Part shown: positions 40,299 through 49,694 of the stretch, in pieces
How positions within the stretch are numbered: the first letter of the stretch is position 1
Layout of the letters: each line of letters opens with the position of its first letter
Assembly (NCBI GenBank): GCA_009908855.1
Contig: JAAAOM010000011.1
Coordinates: 52,974-116,973, forward strand
Length of the DNA stretch: 64,000 nt
Source: Bacteroidota bacterium
Lineage (GTDB): Bacteria > Bacteroidota > Bacteroidia > Bacteroidales > JAAAOM01
Direction of reading: 5' to 3'
Program-made: the position numbers and the translations under genes
Notes under the pieces: generated by a model
What the model saw: only the letters and a program-made list of their open reading frames with translations
The model's database searches: none
What the model was told of the DNA's origin: nothing

Positions 40299-42680
40299 AT
40301 GAAAAAAATAGTCTTTCTTTTCGTTCTCATCATAGGCATTGTTCCATGTGTTCATTCACAGAGCATTCAGGGCTATGTTTTTTTTAATGAAGAACAATCG
40401 CCTGTTGAATATGGCTCAGTAGTACTGAAAACTCTACCTGATTCGGCATTTGTTTCGGGCGTTATCACTTATTCGAAGGGACAATATACATTCAACAATG
40501 TGGAACCGGGTAAATACCGGATAAGCTCAAGCTACCTGGGCTATCAGGAAAGTGCTGTGAATATTGAAGTAACAAATGGATCGGGTGTAAATATGGCTGA
40601 CACCATTTATTTATTCTCCAAATCAGTTGACATTGAAGAGGCTACGGTTGAGGCCGATTATATCCGAGGTAAAGAACTGGTTGATCGAACCGTGTATTCC
40701 ATTCCGCCCGAAATCTCAGAAACCTCCGTCAACGGCTATGAGATACTCCGGAAATTGCCTTCAGTCCAGGTTGATTTTAACAACAACATTACCTTGAATG
40801 GCAGCAGCAATTTCATCATTCAGGTAGATGGAAAAGAAAGGAACAAAGAATTTCTGGCCCGTTTAACCCCGGCAGATATCAAGTCTATAGAAATTATTCA
40901 TAATCCGTCCGGAAAGTACGATGGATCTATTGATGGAGTGATCAACGTAATACTCAATCCCGAAGCCCGGATGGGGTTCAGTGGAAATATAGTTGGCGTA
41001 GTAAAACCATTTAACCGCACCTTTGCTTTTGGCAATGCCGGACTTGATTATGGTCGGGAGAAAATCACCTATTATATTTCAGGGTATTCGTTTCGGCAAA
41101 GCCTGGCACAAAATACTGATAATGAGTATCGTTTCAAAGGCAATTCATCGCTTGATTCCGTAATCAACCTTGAGGGTAACGGGGACTTTCTGATTGCTGC
41201 GAGCGCTATCAATACCGGGTTTGATTACTATATTAATGACAAGCATAACCTGAGTATAAACTACAGCTACAAGCCCAATAAAATCAATACAGAGCTTGAA
41301 AACAACGGTTCCATCTATGTTCAGGATGAGCTGGCGCATCAACAGGATTATAGTAATACCAATCAAACCAAAAGTGGTGAATCCAACGTATCGATATATT
41401 TCCAAAAGGAGTTCAACAAACCCATCCAGGAGTTTACCATGGAATCAAATGTATATTGGTTTAACTCCGATGATGAGAACACCTTTGCCTCGCGTTTATA
41501 TCCTGTTGGCAATCCAATGAATGCCGATTCTTCCTCATACGTTGAAATCATCGAAAATAACCGGAATTATGTGAGTTCAAAATTCGATTATGTACATCCG
41601 CTGGGGGTATCCATGCGTTTAGAGACCGGGTATCAGTTCTACTACCAGAATATGGCTTTTAATACGGAGAACACCGATGTATTGTTGAGCAACAAATTTA
41701 ATTACAATGAATGGAGGAATGCCATTTACCTCAGTTGGATGTGGAACATCGATAAATTTGGTTTTATGGCTACCATTCGGGAAGAACACAGCGACATCAG
41801 GATCAACGACTCCACATCAACAAGTTATTTTACTTTTTTGCCGTCTACCAATATCCAATATAAGATCAATAGCAATCAGAATGTAAAGCTTACATATAAC
41901 CGTCGAATAGACAGACCCGGCATTTATCAGTTAAATCCATTTGAGAGGCTGAATAATTACCAGTTCATTTCATCCGGTAATCCTTATCTGGAACCTGAGC
42001 ACAGAGATCATTTTGAATTGAAATATTCACTCAACTTCAAAAAGAATTTCATTTCGCCTTTTGTCTATCACACCATCATCTCAGAAAAGATCGGAACACT
42101 GAACCGACTGGTTACTTTACCAAACAGTGATAACTTATTTATCCGAACATCACCCGACAACGTGCTTACAGGCTATGAACAAGGATTGGGTTTAAACTCC
42201 ATGTTGGGATTTGTAAAACTGGATGGAAAAGTTTTCCAGGGCCACTTTAACAAATACAGCGACGGAAATACCACTATCGATTCGCACGATTATTTTTCAT
42301 ATAATCTATCCGGTTTTGTATTTTATCAGCCCATCAAGGAAATTCTCACTATTTATAGTTTTGGCATGTATCAAGGCGTTCGATTTGATGCCCAGAGCAA
42401 AACCATTTCCCATCCTGTTTATGGTGCCGGTGGCAATTATAAACTGGACAATCATACATTTGCCATTAACTGGGTTTTCCCGGGCATTAAGGACTATACA
42501 TACGATAAAGTAATTACAGAAACACCTGCTTTGTACTCCAAAACTTCCAATAATTTTGATGTTAGGTATTTCGTGCAATTTGTTTATTCCTTTAATTTCA
42601 AAAAAGGAAAAAGTATAAAGAAAATTGGACACAAATCAGATATTGAAAGCGACACAAAAGGTGGTGGTATACAGAATTAA
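40299..42680 (+). CDS. Outer-membrane beta-barrel / TonB-dependent-receptor-like protein with CarboxypepD_reg-like N-domain
   Basis: 793 aa. IQGYVF...GQYTFNNVEPGKYRISSSYLGYQ (carboxypeptidase regulatory-like fold), a plug-like segment and a long barrel. Confidence 0.8.
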   Translation: MKKIVFLFVLIIGIVPCVHSQSIQGYVFFNEEQSPVEYGSVVLKTLPDSAFVSGVITYSKGQYTFNNVEPGKYRISSSYLGYQESAVNIEVTNGSGVNMADTIYLFSKSVDIEEATVEADYIRGKELVDRTVYSIPPEISETSVNGYEILRKLPSVQVDFNNNITLNGSSNFIIQVDGKERNKEFLARLTPADIKSIEIIHNPSGKYDGSIDGVINVILNPEARMGFSGNIVGVVKPFNRTFAFGNAGLDYGREKITYYISGYSFRQSLAQNTDNEYRFKGNSSLDSVINLEGNGDFLIAASAINTGFDYYINDKHNLSINYSYKPNKINTELENNGSIYVQDELAHQQDYSNTNQTKSGESNVSIYFQKEFNKPIQEFTMESNVYWFNSDDENTFASRLYPVGNPMNADSSSYVEIIENNRNYVSSKFDYVHPLGVSMRLETGYQFYYQNMAFNTENTDVLLSNKFNYNEWRNAIYLSWMWNIDKFGFMATIREEHSDIRINDSTSTSYFTFLPSTNIQYKINSNQNVKLTYNRRIDRPGIYQLNPFERLNNYQFISSGNPYLEPEHRDHFELKYSLNFKKNFISPFVYHTIISEKIGTLNRLVTLPNSDNLFIRTSPDNVLTGYEQGLGLNSMLGFVKLDGKVFQGHFNKYSDGNTTIDSHDYFSYNLSGFVFYQPIKEILTIYSFGMYQGVRFDAQSKTISHPVYGAGGNYKLDNHTFAINWVFPGIKDYTYDKVITETPALYSKTSNNFDVRYFVQFVYSFNFKKGKSIKKIGHKSDIESDTKGGGIQN

Positions 42681-42830
42681 TGGCTTAAATGAATCTCCAT
42701 TTTATACCTATTTACTTTATAATTGCTAATACCCAACGCAATCAAGGCTAAACATCGGAAATACAAAGTTACATGCAACAAATTATGGTAAGTTATTTGC
42801 AAAAATTACCAAATAACAGGATTATTGATT

Positions 42831-43430
42831 ATGAAGGAACGTATACAGAAGATCATTCAACTTCTTACCCTCTCAGCAACGAAATTCAGGAAAGATGATC
42901 CATTGCGCCTGGCCGGCACAACGGCCTATTTTACGGTTTTTGCCATGGCCCCGATTATAATTATCATCGTATCCTTATCTGGTTTGTTATTGGGTGAAGA
43001 AGCCATTCAGCAAAAAGTTTTTGAGGAATTGAATGCTTTGATAGGTATTCAGGGAACAGACTATATAAAAAAATTGGTTGTGATTGTGTCTTTTACCATT
43101 ATCATGCTGATTTTTGCCATGATCTATAAGTTGTTGCCAGATGTAATCATTAAATGGAAGGTAACCTGGATAGGCGCATTAATAACGACCATTTTATTTG
43201 TTGCTGGTAAATATTTGATAGGTCTTTTACTCGGTAACACCGACATTGGAATTATGTTTGGTGCAGCGGGATCATTGGTGATTATACTGATTTGGGTATT
43301 TTATTCCTCACTCATTTTTTTCTTTGGTGCCGAAATTACTCAGCAATATGCCGAGCTTTATTCAAAAAGCATTCAACCTAAGAAATACGCAGTTAAGTTT
43401 GAAATTACTGAGATTGAACAAGAAAATTAA
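42831..43430 (+). CDS. YihY/BrkB (virulence factor BrkB) family membrane protein, unusually short
   Basis: N-terminal LRLAGTTAYFTVFAMAP and C-terminal YSSLIFFFGAEITQ are YihY hallmarks, but the protein is only about 200 aa versus the roughly 280-300 aa I recall as typical. Confidence 0.65.
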   Translation: MKERIQKIIQLLTLSATKFRKDDPLRLAGTTAYFTVFAMAPIIIIIVSLSGLLLGEEAIQQKVFEELNALIGIQGTDYIKKLVVIVSFTIIMLIFAMIYKLLPDVIIKWKVTWIGALITTILFVAGKYLIGLLLGNTDIGIMFGAAGSLVIILIWVFYSSLIFFFGAEITQQYAELYSKSIQPKKYAVKFEITEIEQEN

Positions 43431-43436
43431 TTCGGA

Positions 43437-44318
43437 TTATGCTTTCAGCCATTTTTTAATAATTAATCCGAATAATACTGCATTAAAGAAAGTAAACAGT
43501 CCGTACACGAGGGCAGGAATGGCCATGTCATAATTACCTAAAAAAACCGGACTGCTGGTAATGGTAATGGCCAGCGCACTATTTTGTATGCCTACTTCAA
43601 CAGGGAGTGTGATCTGTTTCTTTTTGTTAAAACGCAGCAATCTGGCAATTACATATCCTGTAATCATACCCAATACATTTAACGCAAAAACATAGGGCGC
43701 CACTTTTAAATAAATGTCAAATGGATTATCAGACCCGCCGTTGTCTTTTTCAAATACCACCATAGCAAACACAAAAGCCAGTAGAATAGTGGTTATATAT
43801 TTCATGTATTTCTCCACCTCGTTGGCAAAGCGCGGATAAAATCGCCGTACAGTCATACCAATGGCTGTGGGGATTAAAATCATGTAAAAAATTTTAAATA
43901 TTGTGTCTTTGATGGGCAATTCAATAAAACCGGACTCATGCATGAATGTTTTGAGTGCCAAAAAAACAATTAACGGTATGGTTACTAAAATGATGATACT
44001 GTTTAAAGAGGTAAGCGAGATGGATAATGGCACATCACCTTTCAGGTGATAAGTAATAAGGTTGGAGGTAGCTCCGCCGGGACAGGCAGCGATCACCACA
44101 ATTCCTGCTTTAATGGCGGGGGATAAATCGGCCAGGTGTGCAATCATGAATGCAATGCCCGGAAGTAGTATCATTTGACTGAGCAGGCCAATTAACAGTG
44201 GCTTGGGTTGTTCAACAATGCGCCTAAAGTCCCTGAATCGCAATGATAAACCCAGGGTAAACATAATAAGCCCGATTACAATAGGCAGGGAATATGTTGA
44301 AAAAAAAGATCCGTTCAT
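43437..44318 (-). CDS. Bile acid:sodium symporter (BASS) family transporter
   Basis: 293 aa, multi-TM, with an AACPGGATSN signature. Confidence 0.85.
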   Translation of the reverse strand: MNGSFFSTYSLPIVIGLIMFTLGLSLRFRDFRRIVEQPKPLLIGLLSQMILLPGIAFMIAHLADLSPAIKAGIVVIAACPGGATSNLITYHLKGDVPLSISLTSLNSIIILVTIPLIVFLALKTFMHESGFIELPIKDTIFKIFYMILIPTAIGMTVRRFYPRFANEVEKYMKYITTILLAFVFAMVVFEKDNGGSDNPFDIYLKVAPYVFALNVLGMITGYVIARLLRFNKKKQITLPVEVGIQNSALAITITSSPVFLGNYDMAIPALVYGLFTFFNAVLFGLIIKKWLKA

Positions 44319-44480
44319 TGCTTTGAATTAGTTACCCACAAAGATATCAACACTTCGCGATTAAGCCTGCAAGTTTAATATTTACCAGCCAAACTTTAAA
44401 ATGAAATGTACAAATCATAAATTTTTATTTTACCAGCTGATTACGCCATGAAAATGAACACCATTTTGGAATAATGTATT

Positions 44481-44520
44481 AAAAAAAGAGGCTTTGTATT
44501 GATAAAAAGCCTCTTTTTTA
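44481..44520 (-). terminator. Rho-independent terminator downstream of sodC
   Basis: Perfect 13-bp stem, AAAAAGAGGCTTT (44483-44495) with AAAGCCTCTTTTT (44506-44518), with A/T runs on both sides. Confidence 0.8.
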
Positions 44521-44550
44521 GGTTTGAGTAAAATTATGTACCCTGATTTA

Positions 44551-45096
44551 TTAATTTTCCTGTACAATACCTATCACTCCGCAGGCTACGCGTGCTCCGG
44601 CTGCACCTGTGGGCTGGCTGGTTAGATCGTCTTCACCGGCATGAACAATTACACCACGACCGATGATTGAATTTTGTCCTTCAAAAGTTATTTTGGTATC
44701 CAGGTACTCCAGTTTTGCATAACCTGTACTGTCGGCATCAAGATTTCCCAGGTCTCCTACATGCCGTACTTCATCATGAGGGCCGGCATGGTCTACATCA
44801 TGCGGGTTAAAATGGCCACCTGCCGATGTTCCGTCAGGAGAGCTGCAATCGCCGTACTGGTGGATATGAAAACCATGTTTACCCGGGGTTAAACCGTTCA
44901 CCTCGGCGTTCACCACAATGCCCGAATCGGTTTTTGTAAAGCTAATCATCCCTGAAGTTTCATTACCTTCTGTGGGATGCAGCTCGCATACTGCTTTTTC
45001 TACTTTTGTTACTTCTACAACTTCTTGTATGGGTTGTTTGCAAGATAACGCCATGATAGCTAATAAGGCCGGAAGAATAATTCCTTTTGTTTTCAT
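44551..45096 (-). CDS. sodC: Cu/Zn superoxide dismutase (lipoprotein)
   Basis: GFHIHQYGDCS, GGHFNP and HVGDLGN motifs. Lipobox LSC. Confidence 0.92.
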   Translation of the reverse strand: MKTKGIILPALLAIMALSCKQPIQEVVEVTKVEKAVCELHPTEGNETSGMISFTKTDSGIVVNAEVNGLTPGKHGFHIHQYGDCSSPDGTSAGGHFNPHDVDHAGPHDEVRHVGDLGNLDADSTGYAKLEYLDTKITFEGQNSIIGRGVIVHAGEDDLTSQPTGAAGARVACGVIGIVQEN

Positions 45097-45155
45097 ATTA
45101 TGTTATTTATTTTAGGGTTTAAAGTAAAAGTAACAACTTTTTGCATGGATTGTTC

Positions 45156-46007
45156 TTATGCATGAAAAATCAATACCGGTATTTGCGGTCGATTAACAAA
45201 CTGCTTAATAGGGCTGTTGTGCAACAGCTTTTCAATAAATCCGCGATTTTCTTTCCAGAAGGCAATCAAATCGGCATTTTCTGCTTCGGCATAATGCTGA
45301 AGCTCATCCGCGATGTTGTCACCAGTGAGAATTACATGCTCAATGGGTTGGTATCCCACTTTTTCATGTACTTCGTTTTGAAATCCTTCATGTTGTAATT
45401 GCTCTTTAAACGACGCGTCGTCCGTAACATGCACTGCCTTTATGTGGCTTTTATAGGGTTTAATATACCTTGTAAGGTATTGCAATGAAGCAATATCAGC
45501 TTGTCTGTAATCGGTGGCATAAATGGTTTTTTGTATGGGTTTATAGTGATAGTCCTGCGGAATGATTAAAACAGGACAACCTGCTTTGTCTATTAGTGCA
45601 TTGGCCGATGGATTAAAAATATCGAATAACATTTGGTCGGTTGTGGCCGTAAATATTACCAAACCAACATCGTTATTATGTGTTTGCAGGTCAATGATTT
45701 CTTCATCGTAACCAAATTCAACCCGGGTAGTAATTTCAGGCAATTCATTGTATTGGGTTTGTAGTTTCAGTTTTAAATTTTGCAGAAATGTTTCAGATGC
45801 TTCTTTTTTTTGGTTTTCAATGTCTAAAGAAGCATCGGGAGTTGTCATATAGTCAATTCCTGATGCATAAGGAACACCCTGGTAAACAATATTTACCACA
45901 CTAATCATTTCAACCTGCATGTGTAATTTTAATGCGAGTTGAATGGTGTAATCAATGACCGGTTGTTGATCATTTTCAATCTCGATGGGTAAAATTATTT
46001 TTTTCAT
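45156..46007 (-). CDS. Universal stress protein family protein (tandem USP)
   Basis: 283 aa with two USP-like halves. Confidence 0.7.
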   Translation of the reverse strand: MKKIILPIEIENDQQPVIDYTIQLALKLHMQVEMISVVNIVYQGVPYASGIDYMTTPDASLDIENQKKEASETFLQNLKLKLQTQYNELPEITTRVEFGYDEEIIDLQTHNNDVGLVIFTATTDQMLFDIFNPSANALIDKAGCPVLIIPQDYHYKPIQKTIYATDYRQADIASLQYLTRYIKPYKSHIKAVHVTDDASFKEQLQHEGFQNEVHEKVGYQPIEHVILTGDNIADELQHYAEAENADLIAFWKENRGFIEKLLHNSPIKQFVNRPQIPVLIFHA

Positions 46008-46064
46008 AGTTGTAAATTTTATTTCGGTATTAATGGCCTGCCGGAGGTTCCAAAAGATATGGAT

Positions 46065-47477
46065 TTACACATTTTCCTCCTTATGCTTCAATAATTGTTG
46101 CATTTTTACTATTTCAGGACTTATGCCCACAATATATTTTTGCGGGTTTTGAAACGATTTAAAATCATCGGGCAACTGCGCAAATCGAGATAAAAAGTAT
46201 TGTTGGGATTCGTATACTGTTGGCTGATCCACGATCATTTCCCCTTCTTCCATTACTTTGGTTAACAACAACTTACTTTTGGAACCTTTCATTTTAAATT
46301 TTTGATCCCCTGCTGGTATAGAATAATAAGTATTGTTACCAGTTTCTTCAGGATAACATATCCCGTCTCCGGCAAACGTTTTATTGCTGTTATAATACCT
46401 GACCAATTCTTTTTTGCCAGGCATGGTAATTTTGGCTTTATCGTCAGAAAATTTCATGGTGGGTTTACCATTTATATCCACCAGTTTGTAAATACCGTCC
46501 AGTGCTGCATCGGGTATACCAACTGACAGGGCTGTTCCCACGCCAAATGCATCCACTGGTGCATTGTTGGATAACAGATCATAAATAGCAAACTCATCCA
46601 GTTGGTTGGACAAAACAATGGTTACATATTGCAATCCGTTTTCATCCAGCATCTTCCGGGCTAACTTGCTTTTTTCCAATAAATTACCACTATCGATCCG
46701 GATACCCTTTAGTTTTTTTCCTTTTCGCTCCATTTCATGAGCTACCTTAATGGCATTCGGAATACCCAGGTTTTCGGTATCATAAGTATCTACCAATAAT
46801 ATGGTTTGGTTGCCATAAATATTTGCATACGCACGAAAAGCCTCCAGTTCGGTATTAAACACCTGAATCCATGAGTGCGCCATGGTACCGGAGGCTTCCA
46901 GGTTGTATCGTTGCGCGCTTAAAACGTTCGAGGTTTTTTGAAAGCCACCAATTATGGCAGCTTTACTGGCCAATAGACCACCCCAACCCTGTGCACGACG
47001 CAATCCAAATTCCAACAGTAAAGTATCTTTGGCAGCATATTTTATCCGGGCTGCTTTGGTGGCTATTAAGGATTGGAAATTCAGAATATTAAGTAAAAGG
47101 GATTCAATAATCTGTGTTTCAATAATGTTTCCCTCTACGCGTAAAACCGGTGTATGAGGAAAAATAATTTCTCCTTCGGATACAGCATAAACATCACCTG
47201 TAAAAGTGAAATTGCTGAGATAATCCAGAAATTCTTGCTGAAATCCTTGTTGCTCCAGGTAATCTATATCTTTTTCTGAAAAATAGAACGATTGGATCAT
47301 GGCCAAAGCAGTGGATAAGCCTGCAAAGACAGCATATCCGCCGTTAAAAGGATTGGTTCTGTAAAAGTAATCGAATATTGCGGCTTCCTTCTGTTTGTGA
47401 TTATAAAAATAACCCTGAGCCATAGTGAGCTCATAAAAGTCCGTATACAACGCCGTATGCAGGAAGGGGTTTTTCAT
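46065..47477 (-). CDS. pncB: Nicotinate phosphoribosyltransferase
   Basis: 470 aa. N-terminal LYTDFYELTMAQGY and the GTMAHSW motif. Confidence 0.88.
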   Translation of the reverse strand: MKNPFLHTALYTDFYELTMAQGYFYNHKQKEAAIFDYFYRTNPFNGGYAVFAGLSTALAMIQSFYFSEKDIDYLEQQGFQQEFLDYLSNFTFTGDVYAVSEGEIIFPHTPVLRVEGNIIETQIIESLLLNILNFQSLIATKAARIKYAAKDTLLLEFGLRRAQGWGGLLASKAAIIGGFQKTSNVLSAQRYNLEASGTMAHSWIQVFNTELEAFRAYANIYGNQTILLVDTYDTENLGIPNAIKVAHEMERKGKKLKGIRIDSGNLLEKSKLARKMLDENGLQYVTIVLSNQLDEFAIYDLLSNNAPVDAFGVGTALSVGIPDAALDGIYKLVDINGKPTMKFSDDKAKITMPGKKELVRYYNSNKTFAGDGICYPEETGNNTYYSIPAGDQKFKMKGSKSKLLLTKVMEEGEMIVDQPTVYESQQYFLSRFAQLPDDFKSFQNPQKYIVGISPEIVKMQQLLKHKEENV

Positions 47478-47480
47478 ATT

Positions 47481-47804
47481 TTATAAATCATCAATTTTTG
47501 CCGCCAGTATAAAATCGTTGGGTGTTAACCCATTTAACGCATGTGTACTTATTTCTATCTCCACTTCGCTGGGGGAGACGTTAAGCTGTGGATGATGGTT
47601 TTCTTTCTCGGCTATGGTTGCTACATCATTGGCAAATGCCATGCTTTGTTTAAAGTTAAGAAAAGGATATTCTTTCCTCAACAACTTGTTCTCCACAACC
47701 TTCCAACCTGTTGGCATTTTCTTCAGGTATTTTTTTATATCATCCGGATTCATTGCGGACTGTTCAAGTTCAATGGGTTCACATGTCATTTCTTTTAATT
47801 GCAT
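47481..47804 (-). CDS. 4a-hydroxytetrahydrobiopterin dehydratase (PCD/DCoH)
   Basis: EKENHHPQL motif. The start is ambiguous (ATG at 47804 or 47789; the ORF-track start at 47843 is less likely). The stop lies 3 nt from the pncB start. Confidence 0.8.
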   Translation of the reverse strand: MQLKEMTCEPIELEQSAMNPDDIKKYLKKMPTGWKVVENKLLRKEYPFLNFKQSMAFANDVATIAEKENHHPQLNVSPSEVEIEISTHALNGLTPNDFILAAKIDDL

Positions 47805-47912
47805 ATTCAATAGACAGTTTAATTGTTTAAAAAATAGATTCAATAGGATAAATAAAAAAATTATGCCATTTCGATCAAAAAAAATCGGATATAATCTTTA
47901 AAAATCTTCCAA

Positions 47913-48311
47913 TCACAAGGGTTGATAAATCATACCCGTTATGATTAAACCAAACAGCAATAACATTAATATCCAAAAAAATATACTTACTGCAACTGCT
48001 CGTGAATCGGTGTTTTGTTGTTCATATTCTTTTTCTATTGATCTTCTGGCTTGTGCAGACGGGGTTGCTGAGGCCAGCAAAAACGCCACAACAAATCCGG
48101 CTATGATTGGAGGAATCCAATGTATTTCGCTTATAGTTGGATTTTTTGGGTTGATCCATACAGCTGTTCCCAATATGAAAAGGAATAAAACAACAGCAAA
48201 CATCCAATAGTTTTGCCAGGGGCCTTTTATTTTAATTACATAAAAGAAAAGGGCTGCTATGAGGATGGATAGCAACAATGCGTATAAAATTGAACTCAGT
48301 ACCATGACCAA
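47913..48311 (-). CDS. Hypothetical membrane protein (4 TM)
   Basis: 132-aa hydrophobic ORF. No family recognised. Confidence 0.55.
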   Translation of the reverse strand: MVMVLSSILYALLLSILIAALFFYVIKIKGPWQNYWMFAVVLFLFILGTAVWINPKNPTISEIHWIPPIIAGFVVAFLLASATPSAQARRSIEKEYEQQNTDSRAVAVSIFFWILMLLLFGLIITGMIYQPL

Positions 48312-48326
48312 ATAATTTGGCTTGAA

Positions 48327-48944
48327 TTATTTATCTTCAATTTTATTCACTTTCCTTGCAAAGGATGCCTGTGCTTCCTTAATTTGAAGCAGGTGTTTGA
48401 TTTTATCGGCAAACTCTTGTATATAATCGTTTTTTTGGCATGTTATCAGGTTTTCATGATCCACCACATGCGATTGCAACCAGGTATTTTCTTTTTCAAT
48501 AAAATCATCTTTGAAATTAGTAGGTGATGTTAGCATTTTCCCCCGAATCTGTTGCATTTCAAGTAAAATTCGGGTTCCGTGATTCATGGCAGCAATCACA
48601 CCACCTTTTTGATAATAGTTATCAAGGAGTTTGATAATCCACGGATTGGTCATAAGTTTAAAGCTGCTAAAGGGGCCTCCGGGTATGATAACAATATGAT
48701 AATCGCTGATTAACATTTTTTCAGGACTATCAAATTCCTCAATCAGTAAACCTGTCCCATGTTTAGGTTCAAGCTCTGAAAATAGGGTTTCACCCGATTT
48801 AATAGTTTGGTCTTCAGGAGAAATTACATGCAGTTGTACACCAATTTCCTCCAAAACACTTTTTAAATGCAACAAGGCATCGTCATGAAACCCATTGGCA
48901 AGTAAAAAGGCGGCTTTTAAATCTTTTCTGAATGTAGTTTTCAT
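48327..48944 (-). CDS. DJ-1/PfpI-like (class I GATase-like fold) protein lacking the nucleophile Cys
   Basis: The IVIIPGG...GGVIAAMNHGTRILL pattern matches the DJ-1/PfpI elbow (..AAICHG..), but with Asn (codon 48582-48584) in place of Cys. Confidence 0.7.
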   Translation of the reverse strand: MKTTFRKDLKAAFLLANGFHDDALLHLKSVLEEIGVQLHVISPEDQTIKSGETLFSELEPKHGTGLLIEEFDSPEKMLISDYHIVIIPGGPFSSFKLMTNPWIIKLLDNYYQKGGVIAAMNHGTRILLEMQQIRGKMLTSPTNFKDDFIEKENTWLQSHVVDHENLITCQKNDYIQEFADKIKHLLQIKEAQASFARKVNKIEDK

Positions 48945-49181
48945 AAGCCATAATTTTTATTTTCAAGCGCCAAATCATATCTGCAATTCAATTCAGAAAT
49001 GAATAATATATACCTAAAAATATTGTGCCATGAATGAATTATTGTCCAAAGAATGCACCATATTTAACATGGTTGGTAATACAATGAAAATAATCCCCAT
49101 TTAGCCCTTGTGATGGGGAATAAATTCTACATCCAAACGGATTAATAACTGTAAAAATTTGATTTTAAAAGCGAATAATTT

Positions 49182-49197
49182 TGGCACAGTACTGGCA
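49182..49197 (+). promoter_or_regulatory. Candidate sigma-54 (-24/-12) promoter TGGCAC-AGTAC-TGGCA
   Basis: GG-N10-GC spacing is correct (TGGCAC at 49182-49187, GC at 49195-49196), with a 1-nt deviation from TTGC. It lies 21 nt upstream of ATG 49218. Confidence 0.35.
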
Positions 49198-49217
49198 TAC
49201 CATTATCAAAATTAACC

Positions 49218-49490
49218 ATGATAACAATGAGTAACGAGGATAAAGAAAATAAAAGAAAGAAAAAGGAAGAAGAGGAAATAATTGATGAGTTGAATGAATT
49301 TTCGGAAGACACGAAATCCAATCGGCATCATCAAAAAAAGGACAAGGTATATATTGTTAATCGCCAAAAAGAGAAAGAGCAAAAAGTGGAGGATGAAAAC
49401 GATGATATTAAAATCAATGAACATATTGATGAGCAAGATGTATCTAAGAAAAAAGAAAAGGGCGATGAGGATGATCCCAATTCAGCATAA
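49218..49490 (+). CDS. Small hyper-charged (K/E/D-rich) disordered protein, hydrophilin-like
   Basis: 90-aa ORF, the longest of three overlapping ORFs in a purine-rich stretch. The strand and frame choice is uncertain. Confidence 0.4.
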   Translation: MITMSNEDKENKRKKKEEEEIIDELNEFSEDTKSNRHHQKKDKVYIVNRQKEKEQKVEDENDDIKINEHIDEQDVSKKKEKGDEDDPNSA

Positions 49491-49694
49491 ATAACAGGTA
49501 AAATATTGATGAGATGTTTTTATTCAATAGAACAATTCTCAATGATGTACTCATAATGGAAGTGTATTGTAAGAATAGGTTCATGTACCCGATGAATTAC
49601 CTGCCCATACTGATGAATTAAACATTATTTTCGTAAGAGTTTTGATTATATTTCAACCCTGAAACCAAAACCAACGAAAAAGTAAATTCACAAC

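Noticed and set aside
49212-49494. Alternative ORFs in the purine-rich stretch: 49212-49436 (minus, poly-Phe/Leu) and 49294-49494 (plus, K/R-rich)
   Set aside because: They overlap the longer 49218-49490 ORF. The minus-strand one is the hydrophobic mirror image of a purine-rich strand. I kept only the ORF with a plausible promoter, and at low confidence.
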